Below are positions 34,166 through 45,236 of a DNA stretch of 64,000 nucleotides, in pieces. The translations under genes and the position numbers were made by a program. Positions within the stretch are counted from its first letter, which is position 1. Each line of letters starts with the position of its first letter. A model generated the notes under the pieces. It saw only the letters and a list, made by a program, of their open reading frames with translations. It did no database searches and was not told where the DNA came from. The stretch is taken from assembly GCA_000091205.1 (NCBI GenBank), contig AP006501.2. One strand, given 5' to 3'. Origin of the DNA: Cyanidioschyzon merolae (lineage: Eukaryota).

Positions 34166-34496
34166 CAGCATCGAATGCTCGGCACGGAGGATGCCACACA
34201 ACCTGCTTTCTCCAGAGATCGGTATAATCGATATTCGGGCGTAACAGACACCCGGAGGCATGCCAACAAATGGTGCAAGGGTGTCAGGTCCCATGTCGAC
34301 GCCCTGAGCAGCGTACCGAGTAAAGAAGGGTATTTCGTGCGCTCCATTCGCAGAGTTCAAGAGCGTCCGAATTGCATGCGATGATGACCCTTGACACGAG
34401 TTCACGAGGCGCCGCCGAGGCTGCCAACGAGAACGCTTCTCGTACGACGAAGAGAAGCGTTCATTCGCAGATATGTTCTATGCGCTGGGATAAGAA

Positions 34497-35060
34497 ATGA
34501 CCGACAACTCGCGTCGGATGGTGCTAGCCTGTGGTGACCAAGGACCTGGTGTCGCGCGCCGTGACTTCACTCCTGCTCTCTCGACGAGAGCGCAAAACGA
34601 ATGCAGGCATCCATTGTTTTCGATGCCCATCGACGCGTCCAGGACGGCAAAAACACATAACGAGCACGAATGTGCGCCGAATCACTTGCAAAATAAGTCG
34701 ATGAAACAAAGATGGATACACGGGATTGTGTTTGGTGCCCAGAGCAAATGCCAGATGGCGAGGAATTCGAACACGAGCGGCTTGCTATCGAGTGATTCTA
34801 TTCGAAATCATGCGTACAAGCACGGTTTGCATCGAGATCTGGACGCATCGATCAACATCTGGAAATGTCGCGTGCTTCGGGAACGTCCATCGGCTTCGTG
34901 TCTAGCGGACTTGCCTTTGGAATCAATCAGTACCCAGACTGGGCGTTGTGCTCAAGCGCTGTGGTCTCATGATGAGAAGCAAAACATTGATCAGGAGAGA
35001 AGTGAGTAGTTTTTTCTGAGTCCAAAGCACTGGTATGGTACTATTTTAGCTCTCCAGCAA
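34497..35060 (+). pseudogene. Fragment resembling the C-terminal OrfB_Zn_ribbon / RuvC-III region of a TnpB/Fanzor-type (OMEGA) nuclease (copy A). The homologous region continues out of frame after the stop.
   Basis: ...KCQMARNSNTSG...HAYKHGLHRDLDASINIWK compares with TnpB C(x2)CG...H-[AR]-D-V-N-A-A-x-N-I. It is a paralog of copy B: NIxKxxVLxxRxSxxCLAxxPxE is shared. The next block HWYGTIL (35037-35052 gcactggtatggtact) matches copy B's in-frame HWYDTRL but is frameshifted here. No intact RuvC-I/II was found upstream, and stop codons lie at 34245, 34308 and 34491 in frame. Confidence 0.4.
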
Positions 35061-35359
35061 GGCCACCGTGGTGTTTGTAAGCGCGGAAACCAATTTCCTT
35101 GGTAATCGGTGAAAGATAATGGTGATCCACTCTTCGATCTTCCTGAATCCAAATCGTCTAACACCAGTGAAACGGCTACTGATTTCGCTGAGCACCAGCG
35201 GACTGCGTCCAAGCGCAGACCCTGCACCTGGCTCGTCCGAGTCTCCAGTTCGAATACCATAGCGATTGCCCATAGCACCTCTGTCATCAGTGCTTGGCAG
35301 TTCACGAGTCCCGATACGACTCGCCAGACAGGGACGCGGTCCTCAAAGCTGCGACCTAC

Positions 35360-36640
35360 TCATTTCTCTGGGTGTTCAGCAGCATCCAGACGTGCATCAC
35401 ACACGATGCACGCAGCCTGGGGCGTGCTGTATACACTTAGACATCGCGAGCAGACGTACCCCATGTGAACGAGTTTCCCACTTTGAAAACAGGTTGCTCG
35501 CAAATCCACGGACTCGACAACACCACAACGCTCCGTTCCGGACGCATAGGACCCCAACTCAGGAATGCGGCGCGTGAGGTAACGCCGCTCCAGCCTATTC
35601 GGTACAATGTATGTTGCCAGATGCGTGAACAGCTTCGCACAAGCGCAACGACACTCGAGATAGATGCCTTGGGTAGCGTAAGCAAGTTGCTGGAGAGCAG
35701 CACGTGCCTGAGGCTTCGTGCCTGGTTCAGAGGTGGCTTCGATGCGTACGACGTCGACCAGCAGCTGGTGCTGCTGTGCGCAAAATGCTGCGTTCCACAG
35801 CGGGACAGACTCCGCAACATCAAAGGGACCCGGAGCCGAGATCACCACCAGTCGGGCCCGAGGTGACAACTGCTCGGGATCCTGACTCGATTCGGAGCGT
35901 AATGGATCTCCAACTGCGTATCCGAAGGAAGGTTTTCGTTCCGGAAACCAGCCTCTAGCATGAAGGCTGCAAATTGTCTCCAGCAGCGCAACGGAAACAT
36001 TGGATGGATAGACGAGAACGTCAGCGGAGCTAGCAGCCACCTGTTGGCTGTCTAGCTGATCCGCCTCTACAGCGACAACTTGCGCTGGTTGTTCCGTGTT
36101 TGCGGCAGACGACTGCTTCGTCTGCAGCAGCGGTTCACCGGGAGCAGCGTCCTCCGCAGCTGCGCCTTCCACCGAAACTGCTTCGCTCAGCTTCATGCAT
36201 GCAAACTCGCGCAAGGCTTTACCCAACTGCGGGAGCGCATACAAACCCTGTAGACTCGTCTCTTCATCCGTAACCTCTTGCAGGCTGTGGAGGTATGCAA
36301 AGTCGTCCGTGGCCAGCGGTTGCACGGGCTTCAGCCAACGCGTGTGGGCTCGTTCGCGGAAGCCCAGCCAAGCAACCTGAAGCAGAGGTCGCGCCACCGC
36401 GAGAAGACGCACCAGCGCAAAACACGCCTTCACTGCACCAGGGAAGGCAGCGGACCCGGCGCGCGCCCAGGCAGCCAAGTTACAGTCGAGGAGCACCACC
36501 AAGAGCTCAGGTTCGCCTGCTGCGTCTAGGAAAACGTCGTCTCCCGTGCGCTGCGTCATAGGTGCAGGCCTTGGGCACGGGTATAGCGCAGTGAACAGCG
36601 TAAATACCTGTCTTGCCTTGGTGCCTCTGATTGCCGTCAC
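35360..36640 (-). CDS. General transcription factor IIH subunit p34 (GTF2H3/Tfb4)
   Basis: The N-terminal ELLVVLLDCNLAAW matches the p34 LLVIVVDANPIWW. The C-terminal zinc finger CFQSGKLVHMGYVCSRCLSVYSTPQAACIVCDARL matches [22 protein letters not shown]....C..C. The likely real start is an internal Met near 36559. Confidence 0.75.
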   Translation of the reverse strand: MTAIRGTKARQVFTLFTALYPCPRPAPMTQRTGDDVFLDAAGEPELLVVLLDCNLAAWARAGSAAFPGAVKACFALVRLLAVARPLLQVAWLGFRERAHTRWLKPVQPLATDDFAYLHSLQEVTDEETSLQGLYALPQLGKALREFACMKLSEAVSVEGAAAEDAAPGEPLLQTKQSSAANTEQPAQVVAVEADQLDSQQVAASSADVLVYPSNVSVALLETICSLHARGWFPERKPSFGYAVGDPLRSESSQDPEQLSPRARLVVISAPGPFDVAESVPLWNAAFCAQQHQLLVDVVRIEATSEPGTKPQARAALQQLAYATQGIYLECRCACAKLFTHLATYIVPNRLERRYLTRRIPELGSYASGTERCGVVESVDLRATCFQSGKLVHMGYVCSRCLSVYSTPQAACIVCDARLDAAEHPEK

Positions 36641-37256
36641 ACTTCGACGTGTTGTTCACTGCTTGGCACTAGAGCCGAGAGTCGCAAGTGACAGCGGGCT
36701 GGCGCTGCTGTCTACAGCGGGGAAACGTTTGATCGAACCAGAACCCTCTCTACTGCGAACGTACGGTTCGCGGGCAGGCGCCAAGTGACCGTTCCACTCC
36801 AAATCAGTCAACTTTAGACAACTCGTCGACCAAACCTCCACTTGGGACAGGGCTTCGATCCATTCAGTGACCCTTGTGGTACGAGGATGAAGTCCAGTAC
36901 CGAGTTCCTGGTACCAGTTTCTCCGCAGCGTTCTACGACGCTGCGCTTCAAGCCGATGCGCTGCTGCGATGCGTCGTGCGGCACTGAACGCATCCGCAGG
37001 CTCATGTTGTTTTGATACTGGGCTTTGTTGTGGAACTTGCTAGGGAAGCATCTAGGTCAGCGCTGAACCAAGGCCAGAACGGATGGGGCCACTCACTCGA
37101 ACGCCTCTTCTTCCAACTTTGAGGCGGCCGGAACACTGCGAAACAACTGCACGCAGTTACCCGTGCCGTACTCGAATGAAGCTGTATTCCGAACGAGGCC
37201 GGAATCCTGACTCCACTTTTGGATTCACGTCTGATCGGTGCTCATTCAGGAAAATC

Positions 37257-38396
37257 ATGGCGCGTACATCCGAGTATGATGATTTTATGAACGAGGATGA
37301 CGTCATAGCAGTTTGCGCGGCCTTGATAACCGCGACATCTCCAGGTACCGGGGGCGTGTACCACGGAGCGCCCGAAGCGAAACTCTCCGGACTCGTGGCG
37401 TTCGAGCGACTCGGCTCAACGCTATGGACGAATCGCGTTTCCCTGGCAGCATCGGCGGTGGCACGAGCTGCGTCCACAGTAGTCATGTTCCCGCTGGATA
37501 CGCTTAAAACACGTCTGCAGAGTGCAGACACTGCAGCGCTGGGTCCGCGCGAGGCCCTGCGCAAGGTCCTGACCCAGGGCCACTTCTATCGGGGACTAGG
37601 TTCAACACTGTTCGGTCAGGTGCCGTATGGTGCTCTGACGTTTGGTACATACGAGTGCTATAAGCAGGCACTCGAGGAATGGGGTCTAGCGTCTCGGCGG
37701 CTTCGGTGGATGCTTGCTGCGGTGCTCGGTGACCTCACCGGCTCGCTGTGGCTGACCCCCAGCGAGCTCATTAAGCAGCAGCTACAAAATATGCATAACA
37801 CTGGGACCAGGGCGGCACAAGCGGCTACCGTTTGGCAGGTCATTGGCCAGAACTGGCGACAATATGGTATCGCTGGTTTTTATCGAGGCTACAGTGGTCA
37901 GGTCGCTCGCGATGTTCCGTTTCGGGCGATTCAGCTGCTTCTTTTCGAGGACGCACGAGAGCGCCTCGAACGCTATCGACGGCGAGCACTGACACCTTTG
38001 GAGAATCTTGCAGTTGGAGCGTATGCAGGCTGTTTAACTGCAGCGGTAACGACTCCACTAGATGTGATTAAAACACGCTTGATGACGGATCGAACGTATC
38101 GTCACGCTGGAGACGCGCTCTGGCAGCTGTTGCGAACGCAACCGCGGGCTCTTTTCCGGGGAATCGTTCCACGCGTGCTCTATATTGCTCCCTCAAGTGC
38201 GATTTTCTTCATCGTTTACACTTTTCTACAGAGACGCTGGGATGCCAAAGCAGCAGCTTGGGAGAAACGGGGACGGGATGCTTCGTGTACGCCAACAAAG
38301 CGAAACCGGGGTGGCTCGCGCTTTTGTGCGATCGATTCGAAGTTTTCGGGGAGAAAACCCTTCTCGCTCGCTCGGTCAATGGGTTTGTGCGCATAG
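37257..38396 (+). CDS. Mitochondrial carrier family protein, S-adenosylmethionine-carrier-like
   Basis: Three Mito_carr repeats show the signatures PLDTLKTRLQ, PSELIKQQLQ and PLDVIKTRLM (compare SAMC PLDTIKTRLQ / PLDVAKTRIM). The ORF track starts at 37083; the Met at 37257 (MARTSEYDD) fits carrier N-termini better. Confidence 0.8.
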   Translation: MARTSEYDDFMNEDDVIAVCAALITATSPGTGGVYHGAPEAKLSGLVAFERLGSTLWTNRVSLAASAVARAASTVVMFPLDTLKTRLQSADTAALGPREALRKVLTQGHFYRGLGSTLFGQVPYGALTFGTYECYKQALEEWGLASRRLRWMLAAVLGDLTGSLWLTPSELIKQQLQNMHNTGTRAAQAATVWQVIGQNWRQYGIAGFYRGYSGQVARDVPFRAIQLLLFEDARERLERYRRRALTPLENLAVGAYAGCLTAAVTTPLDVIKTRLMTDRTYRHAGDALWQLLRTQPRALFRGIVPRVLYIAPSSAIFFIVYTFLQRRWDAKAAAWEKRGRDASCTPTKRNRGGSRFCAIDSKFSGRKPFSLARSMGLCA

Positions 38397-39589
38397 CCCC
38401 TGCAGAGTTCATGCAGCGAGCTCGTGCATGGAAGGTCTCCTGTTCTGAATGTCGCGTTGGAACGCTCGAGGTCGTTACCTGGGATTCGCTCCACGCTCAA
38501 TGCGCACCAAATGCGATGTGGCATTCTCAGCGGCATCATTCCATTAACATTTGAGACTGGTTATCGCGCATTTTCGCATCCGGTCAAACTGTTTTCGTGG
38601 TAATGCGCGACATGCCCTGAAGACTGCGAAACATGCCGCTGGACGTTCCTTGGACGGCTGCATTCGCAATGCCGATGGTGCGGTCGTTCTTGATAATGAA
38701 GACATCGGACATATTGTGCCAAACTTTGTGATTCCGCTGGTCGCGTGCCCGCTACCCCAGAATATCCAAATAACGAGCTGTGGACGCGCCCCAGCGAGTG
38801 ACGCTGGACACAAGACGACGCTGTTTCTGCCACGAACGATTGACTCGGTTATCCATGATGTATTTCATTGCGGTGACTTGTAGTTGTTCTCGTTGCATTT
38901 GATGCTCGAGCTGGAGCGCTCCCCCACCGTTGACTGCAGATGAAATGGAGACGACATCCGATGCTGTTTTCGTCGAAGCATTTACTCATTTGGATCATAG
39001 GACGAGAGAGCACGCCAGGCTGTGTGCGAATTTCTCGGATGCCGGAATGATGCGGAAGGCCGCATCACTGACTGAATCGTTTTTCGCGTCAGCACATGGC
39101 GATGCCCACGGGAGAAATCGTTGCTTGCCTAACTGAATGCTTGCAGTGACAGGCTGCAAGTGCATTTACGGCAACATGTTCTAGCATTATCAATGAAATA
39201 AATGCACCCTAAACGTTTGCCCAGCTCGTGCCAGAAACCCGAAATACCGATGCAAGAGCGGAATCCTGCAGAGAGACAGCTTCCGCCAAAGCCACCCGAA
39301 CAGCGCCTAGCGTTAGCAACGTCAGTCGACCTGGGCGCAAGACGCCCGGTTGCATGGTATTCGCTGCCTTTTTCGTCGCATCTATATGCTTGGTGTTCAC
39401 GAGGGTAGCTGTAGCGCCACGAACAGTGATGAATCCTCGTCAGCATAGAATGGAATAGGTCTTCTCATGTGACATGGGCATACATGCGAAAGTTTGGGGC
39501 TCTCCCCATCGTTAGAAGCACCAGCTTTTGCGGGATTTTTCTTCAACTGCTTCCTTTTTCTTTGGCATATCGCTGGCTTTCCATAGGTT

Positions 39590-40179
39590 GGTCTCTCCCT
39601 TCTCTCCATAACGATTGTCAGCAGCCGATGGATGTTGCTGGCAGCGTTCAGGTACCGATTTCGCTGCCCCGGGTCGCTTTCGATGCATGATATGTACCGA
39701 CGATAGTTGCGGTCTGCGCTTCGCTTGCCAGTTGCATCTTCTTCGTATACGGCCGCGGTGTACTCGTCGCTGCGATGAAACTTGGCTCTGATTAGGTGTT
39801 TCCACACGTATCGATCGCGCGTCCTCTTCCCAGCGTCGTCCTGTCGTACGTGATCTCTTGCCTCATCGCTCGGTAGATGCCCTTGACGTGTACAGAGGGT
39901 TCCGCACGATGCACTCGTCTGTTTCCGCACCCGGTGAGGTACACAACGATCCCGGACTTGTTCTGGACGGATCCATCGGCGAGCGTGCTGCCCGCTCCAC
40001 ATGCACAAGTGCGTGCTGCTCCATTCGATAGAGGATATGCGGTACAAGATGTTGTCCGCGATGAAACAAGTACCAGAGGAAAGCTCCAGGCTCGAGAAAA
40101 AGTCGAGCCATTTCGATCTGTCTACGTGCCTTTTGTACAACGCTATGACGCTAGCTCCGTTGGAAGCGATCACCGCGAC
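39590..40179. repeat. Copy 2 of the ~590-bp near-identical duplicated segment. It is truncated relative to copy 1: similarity to the dispersed family ends at 40179, whereas copy 1 continues to ~10150.
   Basis: The alignment to 9412-10001 was read directly. The minus-strand ORF 39397-40266 shares the same 190 aa. Confidence 0.9.
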
Positions 40180-40847
40180 ATCCAAAAACAGAAGCGAACT
40201 ATGTATGAGCAACGAAATACCAATTGCTTTCTCTCCACGGCAGACGTCGAAACGTTGAACAGCCATCAGTATTCTCGAAAGTTTGCCTTTTCATTAGGAA
40301 GGTCCCGTGACCCACACGAGTCTACGAAGCCCGTGCTTCATGATCTCGCCAGTGCCGAGTGCTATGGCGCGATCTGAGCAACTCTTACGGAACGCAGTTT
40401 GTTCTGGGACTAGGGGCGGGGCGGCTGCATCAAGATATGTCCCTGGTCGCAATGGTCTCCCAGCATATCGCTTCGTGCTATCACAGGCCGTTGGTCTGTC
40501 TGCACAGCCTGCAGGCTCCCAGAATAATGAAGGATCCCGATTCTGTGACCAGTGAAGCACGCCTGGAGCCGAATACCTTAATGGTATCGCATAGCCGTTC
40601 TGTCTCCGTACTGCATATGCACCAGCGGTGTAAGCGCACCTTCAGGTGCATCACAAAAGGTTAGGTGCACGACAGAGCATACGACATAACCAGTACATCC
40701 GAGAGAAGGTCTGAAAAATGGAACTTCAAGCTAGGGTGTACTATCATGGACGCTTTCCCAAAAGCCAATATCCATCTCACAATCTAGCACCCATGGTCCA
40801 TGGAAACGGCCTGTCAAACGAAAAAAGGTCCAGCGATCTCCGCGATG

Positions 40848-41458
40848 TATATGAGCGCGCGCTCACAGAAACGCATCGCCGCCTATGCGATCATCAGAAG
40901 AACAGATTTTTTTACTAGGGAAAGCCTGGAAAAGCGCGAGCGCGCGCTCACAGAAAAGCATCGCCGCCTATGCGATCATCAGAAGAACAGATTTTTTTAC
41001 TGGAAAGAGCCTGGAAAGGCGCGAGCGCGCGCTCACAGAAACGCATCGCCGCCTATGCGATCATCAGAAGAACAGATTTTTTTTACTAGGGAGATCCTGG
41101 AAAGGCGCGAGCGCGCACTCACACAAACGCATCGCCGCATATGCGATCATCAGAAGAACAGATTTTTTTACTAGGGAGAGCCTGGAAAGGCGCGAGCGCG
41201 CGCTCACAGAAACGCATCGCCGCATATGCGATCATCAGAAGAACAGATTTTTTTTTACTAGGGAGAGCCTGGAAAGGCGCGAGCGCGCGCTCACAGAAAC
41301 GCATCGCCGCATATGCGATCATCAGAAGAACAGATTTTTTACTAGGGAGAGCCTGGAAAGGCGCGAGCGCGCGCTCACAGAAACGCATCGCCGCATATGC
41401 GATCATCAGAAGAACAGATTTTTTACTAGAGCCTGGAAAGGCGCGAGCGCGCGCGCTC
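40848..41458. repeat. Tandem array of ~7 units of 79-88 bp (minisatellite). Each unit has a perfect 12-bp palindrome GAGCGCGCGCTC, a 10-bp palindrome CGCATATGCG and a T6-T9 run.
   Basis: The unit AGCCTGGAAAGGCGCGAGCGCGCGCTCACAGAAACGCATCGCCGCATATGCGATCATCAGAAGAACAGATTTTTTTACTAGGGAG recurs at 40923, 41008, 41094, 41179, 41267, 41350 and 41429. ORFs spanning it are artefacts. Confidence 0.9.
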
Positions 41459-41709
41459 CCCAGGCGGCCGGAAACGCCGCCGTCGCGTCGTCGACCTCGA
41501 TCGCCGGCGCTCGCAGCGTTCGGAACAGGCCAACGGCCGGGAGGCGTTTCCCTGTTTGTTCCTTCGCTCGCTTGAGCGCTTGAGCGCCAGCTCGTGTTCA
41601 AGCAAGTGTACGAGCTCTGGTTTGCGTAAGTTTTCAGCATCTTCAGATCAGTATCGTGTATCGTTAGGATCGTTGAACAGCTCGATCTTGCGACCTGGAG
41701 AACTGCGTT

Positions 41710-42798
41710 GTGCGCATCACGAAACAAACAGACGCAAGACGAATTGTGTGTGTGCGTGCGTGCGGATCGGTGCGCGACCTCCGTCTTGTGTTTGTTTTCT
41801 CGCTTATGCAGACACCTTGTCGCTCCACAGAGCTGTTGAGTATGAGTGGTGTGAGTGCTGTCGGATCGCTTCGGTCAGCGTCGAGAACTTCGTCAGCTGC
41901 GTCGTTAGCGGCAACGAGGCGTTCGCGCTCGCCTTCGCCGATCAGCCAGTACGGCCTGCGGCAGAGCGCGCCACCAGCGGTGCGCTCGGTAACACCTGGA
42001 GTGGTTCCCTCGCCGACTAATAATGCCCCGTGTTTTGGGGGCGCTTCGGCGAGTGCTATATCGTCACCAGCGGGCCCCGAGTTGCAGTGTCCGAGACCGC
42101 GGTGGCCTGTGGCGTTTTCCGCAGCCGCATGGTGCAACAGCGGTTCATGGCAGACGTCAAGCACTGGCGGTAACGCGTTCGGCGTGAGCGGACTTTATAT
42201 CAACGGGGTTGAGGAGGCAAACGCTTTGGAAAGCGAAGCAGTGACGGCTCAGGCTGCTGTGCGACCTGGGGGTCGCTGGAGTGCCGGCGTCACGCGGGGG
42301 TCGGTCGTATCCGGGCGACCGAGCGGTTTTGGTGGTGGTAGTGGTGGTGGTGGCGGCGGCAGCAGCAGCAGCTCCAGTGCAGCGTTGATTCTGCAACGCT
42401 CGTCCTCATCACAGTCAGTGCATTCACTGACACCGCCGCCGCCACCCTTGGGCTCGACGTGCTCGTCGCCGCTCTCTTCATCGCCGACCATTGGAGCCGG
42501 CATGCAAACCGAGTGGCGGGCATGGCATCCTACGTTTCGTATCGATGAGACAGTAGAATGTGCAGCGGAGCCACTTTGCGTGCGTCCTGTTGCTATCAGG
42601 CGCGCAAACTCGTATACTGCTCCGTCGCCGGGTCATCACGGGGTCGCGATTCCATCACCGCTCGCTGGAGCACATGGCATGGCACCCTTTTTAAGCAGTG
42701 GCTATGCGACCCCAAACAAGGTTGGTGAGTGTGGCGTTTCGCCGCCTGTGCGTGCAACGAATCCGCAGTGTCGTGATGCGCGCTTCTGTGTTCCCTGA
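41710..42798 (+). CDS. Possible Ser/Gly/Ala/Pro-rich low-complexity protein (hypothetical)
   Basis: This is a 362-aa ORF with GGGSGGGGGGSSSSSS and SP-rich stretches. It includes a (GGTGGT)n microsatellite. It could equally be non-coding low-complexity DNA. Confidence 0.25.
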   Translation: MRITKQTDARRIVCVRACGSVRDLRLVFVFSLMQTPCRSTELLSMSGVSAVGSLRSASRTSSAASLAATRRSRSPSPISQYGLRQSAPPAVRSVTPGVVPSPTNNAPCFGGASASAISSPAGPELQCPRPRWPVAFSAAAWCNSGSWQTSSTGGNAFGVSGLYINGVEEANALESEAVTAQAAVRPGGRWSAGVTRGSVVSGRPSGFGGGSGGGGGGSSSSSSAALILQRSSSSQSVHSLTPPPPPLGSTCSSPLSSSPTIGAGMQTEWRAWHPTFRIDETVECAAEPLCVRPVAIRRANSYTAPSPGHHGVAIPSPLAGAHGMAPFLSSGYATPNKVGECGVSPPVRATNPQCRDARFCVP

Positions 42799-44454
42799 CG
42801 GGCATGTACGCATGGAGAAACAGTGTGATTCGCTTTCCGCGCGTTTTTGCTCAAGTAGTGCCTTGACTTGTTAGGCCTTGGATACACTGCTCGTTGCAGA
42901 ATACACATACTGTACTAGTCTGGACTTGTCTGACTCGGCTAATAACGGATGTCTGACTTTCAAGTGCGGTCTCGAGAGGCAAGTTGCCGGCGACTCTATT
43001 TGGCACTATCGTTGCAGACTCTGAAGCACCGGTAACGACCTTCTCGTGTACATTTTATCCGCTTTTTTTTTGGCAAAGCCCGCGCTTCACATACCGCCCA
43101 GACCACTGAAAGCTTCGGCCGCTGAACGCTTGTTCAATGCCGTACAGCTGTTCACGGATATCGTGGAAAAGGACACACCGCATCGTCGTCGGATGGACGC
43201 CATGGTAAATTGGTGGTGGTGGTGGCGTGTACATTACCCAGTATCTCGTGCTTTATGATGGCGATGGTGATGGTGATGATGGAAGCTACACTGATCCTTT
43301 TTACATATTGGAGCAAATAACATTTGAGTCTATTTCAGGGGGAAACGTATATTTACGAAAAAGAAGCGGTTTGTCATGCGACGACACTCGCAATAAATGT
43401 CGGTTGTCGCCAGTACAGCGCCTCGAGCCTGGTTCCCGTAAACCATCTGCACTGTAAATCGTATCTGAGACCTGTGTGCATCTTGTCTCATGTGGAGATG
43501 CAAGCGAGTGCCTTGGCGTGTGGAGTGCTAACGCACGAGCCCCAACTGACTCCGCGTGGCACGGTATCCTCTGACGCTACAACCGACGCGGATACATCAT
43601 ACACATCGGATCAATGCAGAGGGCGCATGTGCGATGCCCTTTCGCACTGCACCATCCGGGATGATCCTGCTGCATTCGACTTGTGATGCACGTTGCGCTT
43701 GATCGTAGTGCGACCAATGCAGAATTACCCGCGTCGCATGCGTATATGGTGCGAGAATGCAGGGCGTCATAGGTGCTTCTCGAGGCGCACGCTTTCACTA
43801 GACGATGTGTCATGCAGGGCGACGGGGAATCACACCGCTCTGGAAGAGCGGCTGGATATCCCCCAGCGCTATTTATTGTATCCATTTAAGCGTAGAATAG
43901 TATGGGGTCGTTTCTCGAACACGAACCCAGTAGATGAAGTCTGGGTCTGTTTGAGGTTTGATCAACACCCGCCTTTGTGGACTTTTTATGCGACTGCTTC
44001 CTTTTCCTCTCCCTGACATCCTAACTTGAGTAAACCGGTCACTCCTTTTGCCTCCAGCTCCTTTATCAGCACTCTAAGGATGCTGATGATGGCGTTGATG
44101 TGCCGATTGCGCTGCTTCCGGCAGGTGCCGACTTATTTCATGTATCGGCAGACGTTACGATCTACGCTTGACTTTTCAGTTGCATCTTCGTGGGACAACT
44201 CCTCGGTGTAGCCGTCACTGCGGTGAAATTGCGCTATGGTGAGGTGTTTCCGTCTATCGACAACTAATTCTCCATTTTAGCGCGCACGATGGTGCGTCAA
44301 GACTTTTTCATAGCGCGGCACATGACCTTGATGGGAACAGAGGGCTCCGCTTGATACCCGATTCCTTTTTCGCGCTAGGTGCTATGCCCTACAATCACGG
44401 ACTTTATCGAGGTGATACACACGACAAGTGCTCTGTCCGCTGAACGTGCAGGCG

Positions 44455-44775
44455 ATTCCATGGTATAGAGGATCTGCAGAATGCGATACTGTCCATGTTG
44501 AAGCAGACACCGGACGGAAGGCAGATGCAGGATGGAGAACAAGTTCAGAAACCTTGCATCTGTCTTCGCTTCATATGCGCAAAGCGATCATGCATGCTCC
44601 AACGAGAGCGGTCGCTGTACTGATTAGAGTCCAATTCCAGGATCCGTTTCCACATAGGCGGGAGAGCATGGCGCTGGAAGACCCAAAAAGGAACTACACC
44701 AGCTCCAACGACAAGATCGTACAAGGAGTGTGCACGGCGTTTTGTTACGATACCGATAGATGAGTTTCGAACGTC
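44455..44775 (+). repeat. Dispersed ~300-bp repeat family, copy F3
   Basis: GGATCTGCAGAATGCGATACTGTCCATGTTGAAGCAGACACCGGA at the 5' end; GAGTCCAATTCCAGGAT internally; GAGTTTCGAACG at the 3' end. Confidence 0.55.
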
Positions 44776-45236
44776 CTGTACACACCATGAACTGGGGTGC
44801 AAACTTCAGAAAGTCGAGGTGGAAAAGTGCCAGCGGAGCCCTGAGGATATAAAAAAGTATGGACCGCTGATGGAAGAGCAAATGGAAAGGAGAGCGAAAG
44901 TGCGAGGATTGCTTGCGTCATTAAGTACAACCAGTGATGGCAAGAAACGTATGGAGTTTTTGAACCGAGACCTGAACGCCGCTACCAGTATACGGAGATG
45001 TGCGGTGCTGGAGAACAGACCTCCAGAGTAGACAAGAGAGAACTTTATTGGACAACCTCTCAAAGTCGAACTATATGAGAAAAAGTTGGAAGCAGTAGTA
45101 GGTGGCCGGTCCAAAAAGACAGAGGCGTCTGCACGTTAGTTGGAGATGTTTTGTCTAGCGCGGGTTTCTCGCCACTACTGTACCACTGGCAGCAACGTTT
45201 TTCTTTTGAAAGACGTTTGTTTCCAGGGGCCTCTCT

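Noticed and set aside
40848-41458. Could the 85-bp repeat array be a CRISPR array?
   Set aside because: Units are directly adjacent with no unique spacers. The context is eukaryotic nuclear DNA. No cas genes are present.
40800-41727. ORFs 40885-41583 (+), 41141-41575 (+) and 41119-41727 (-) that read through the tandem array
   Set aside because: Their 'proteins' are just the repeat unit translated periodically (RERALTETHRRICDHQKNRFF...). They are artefacts of the repeat.
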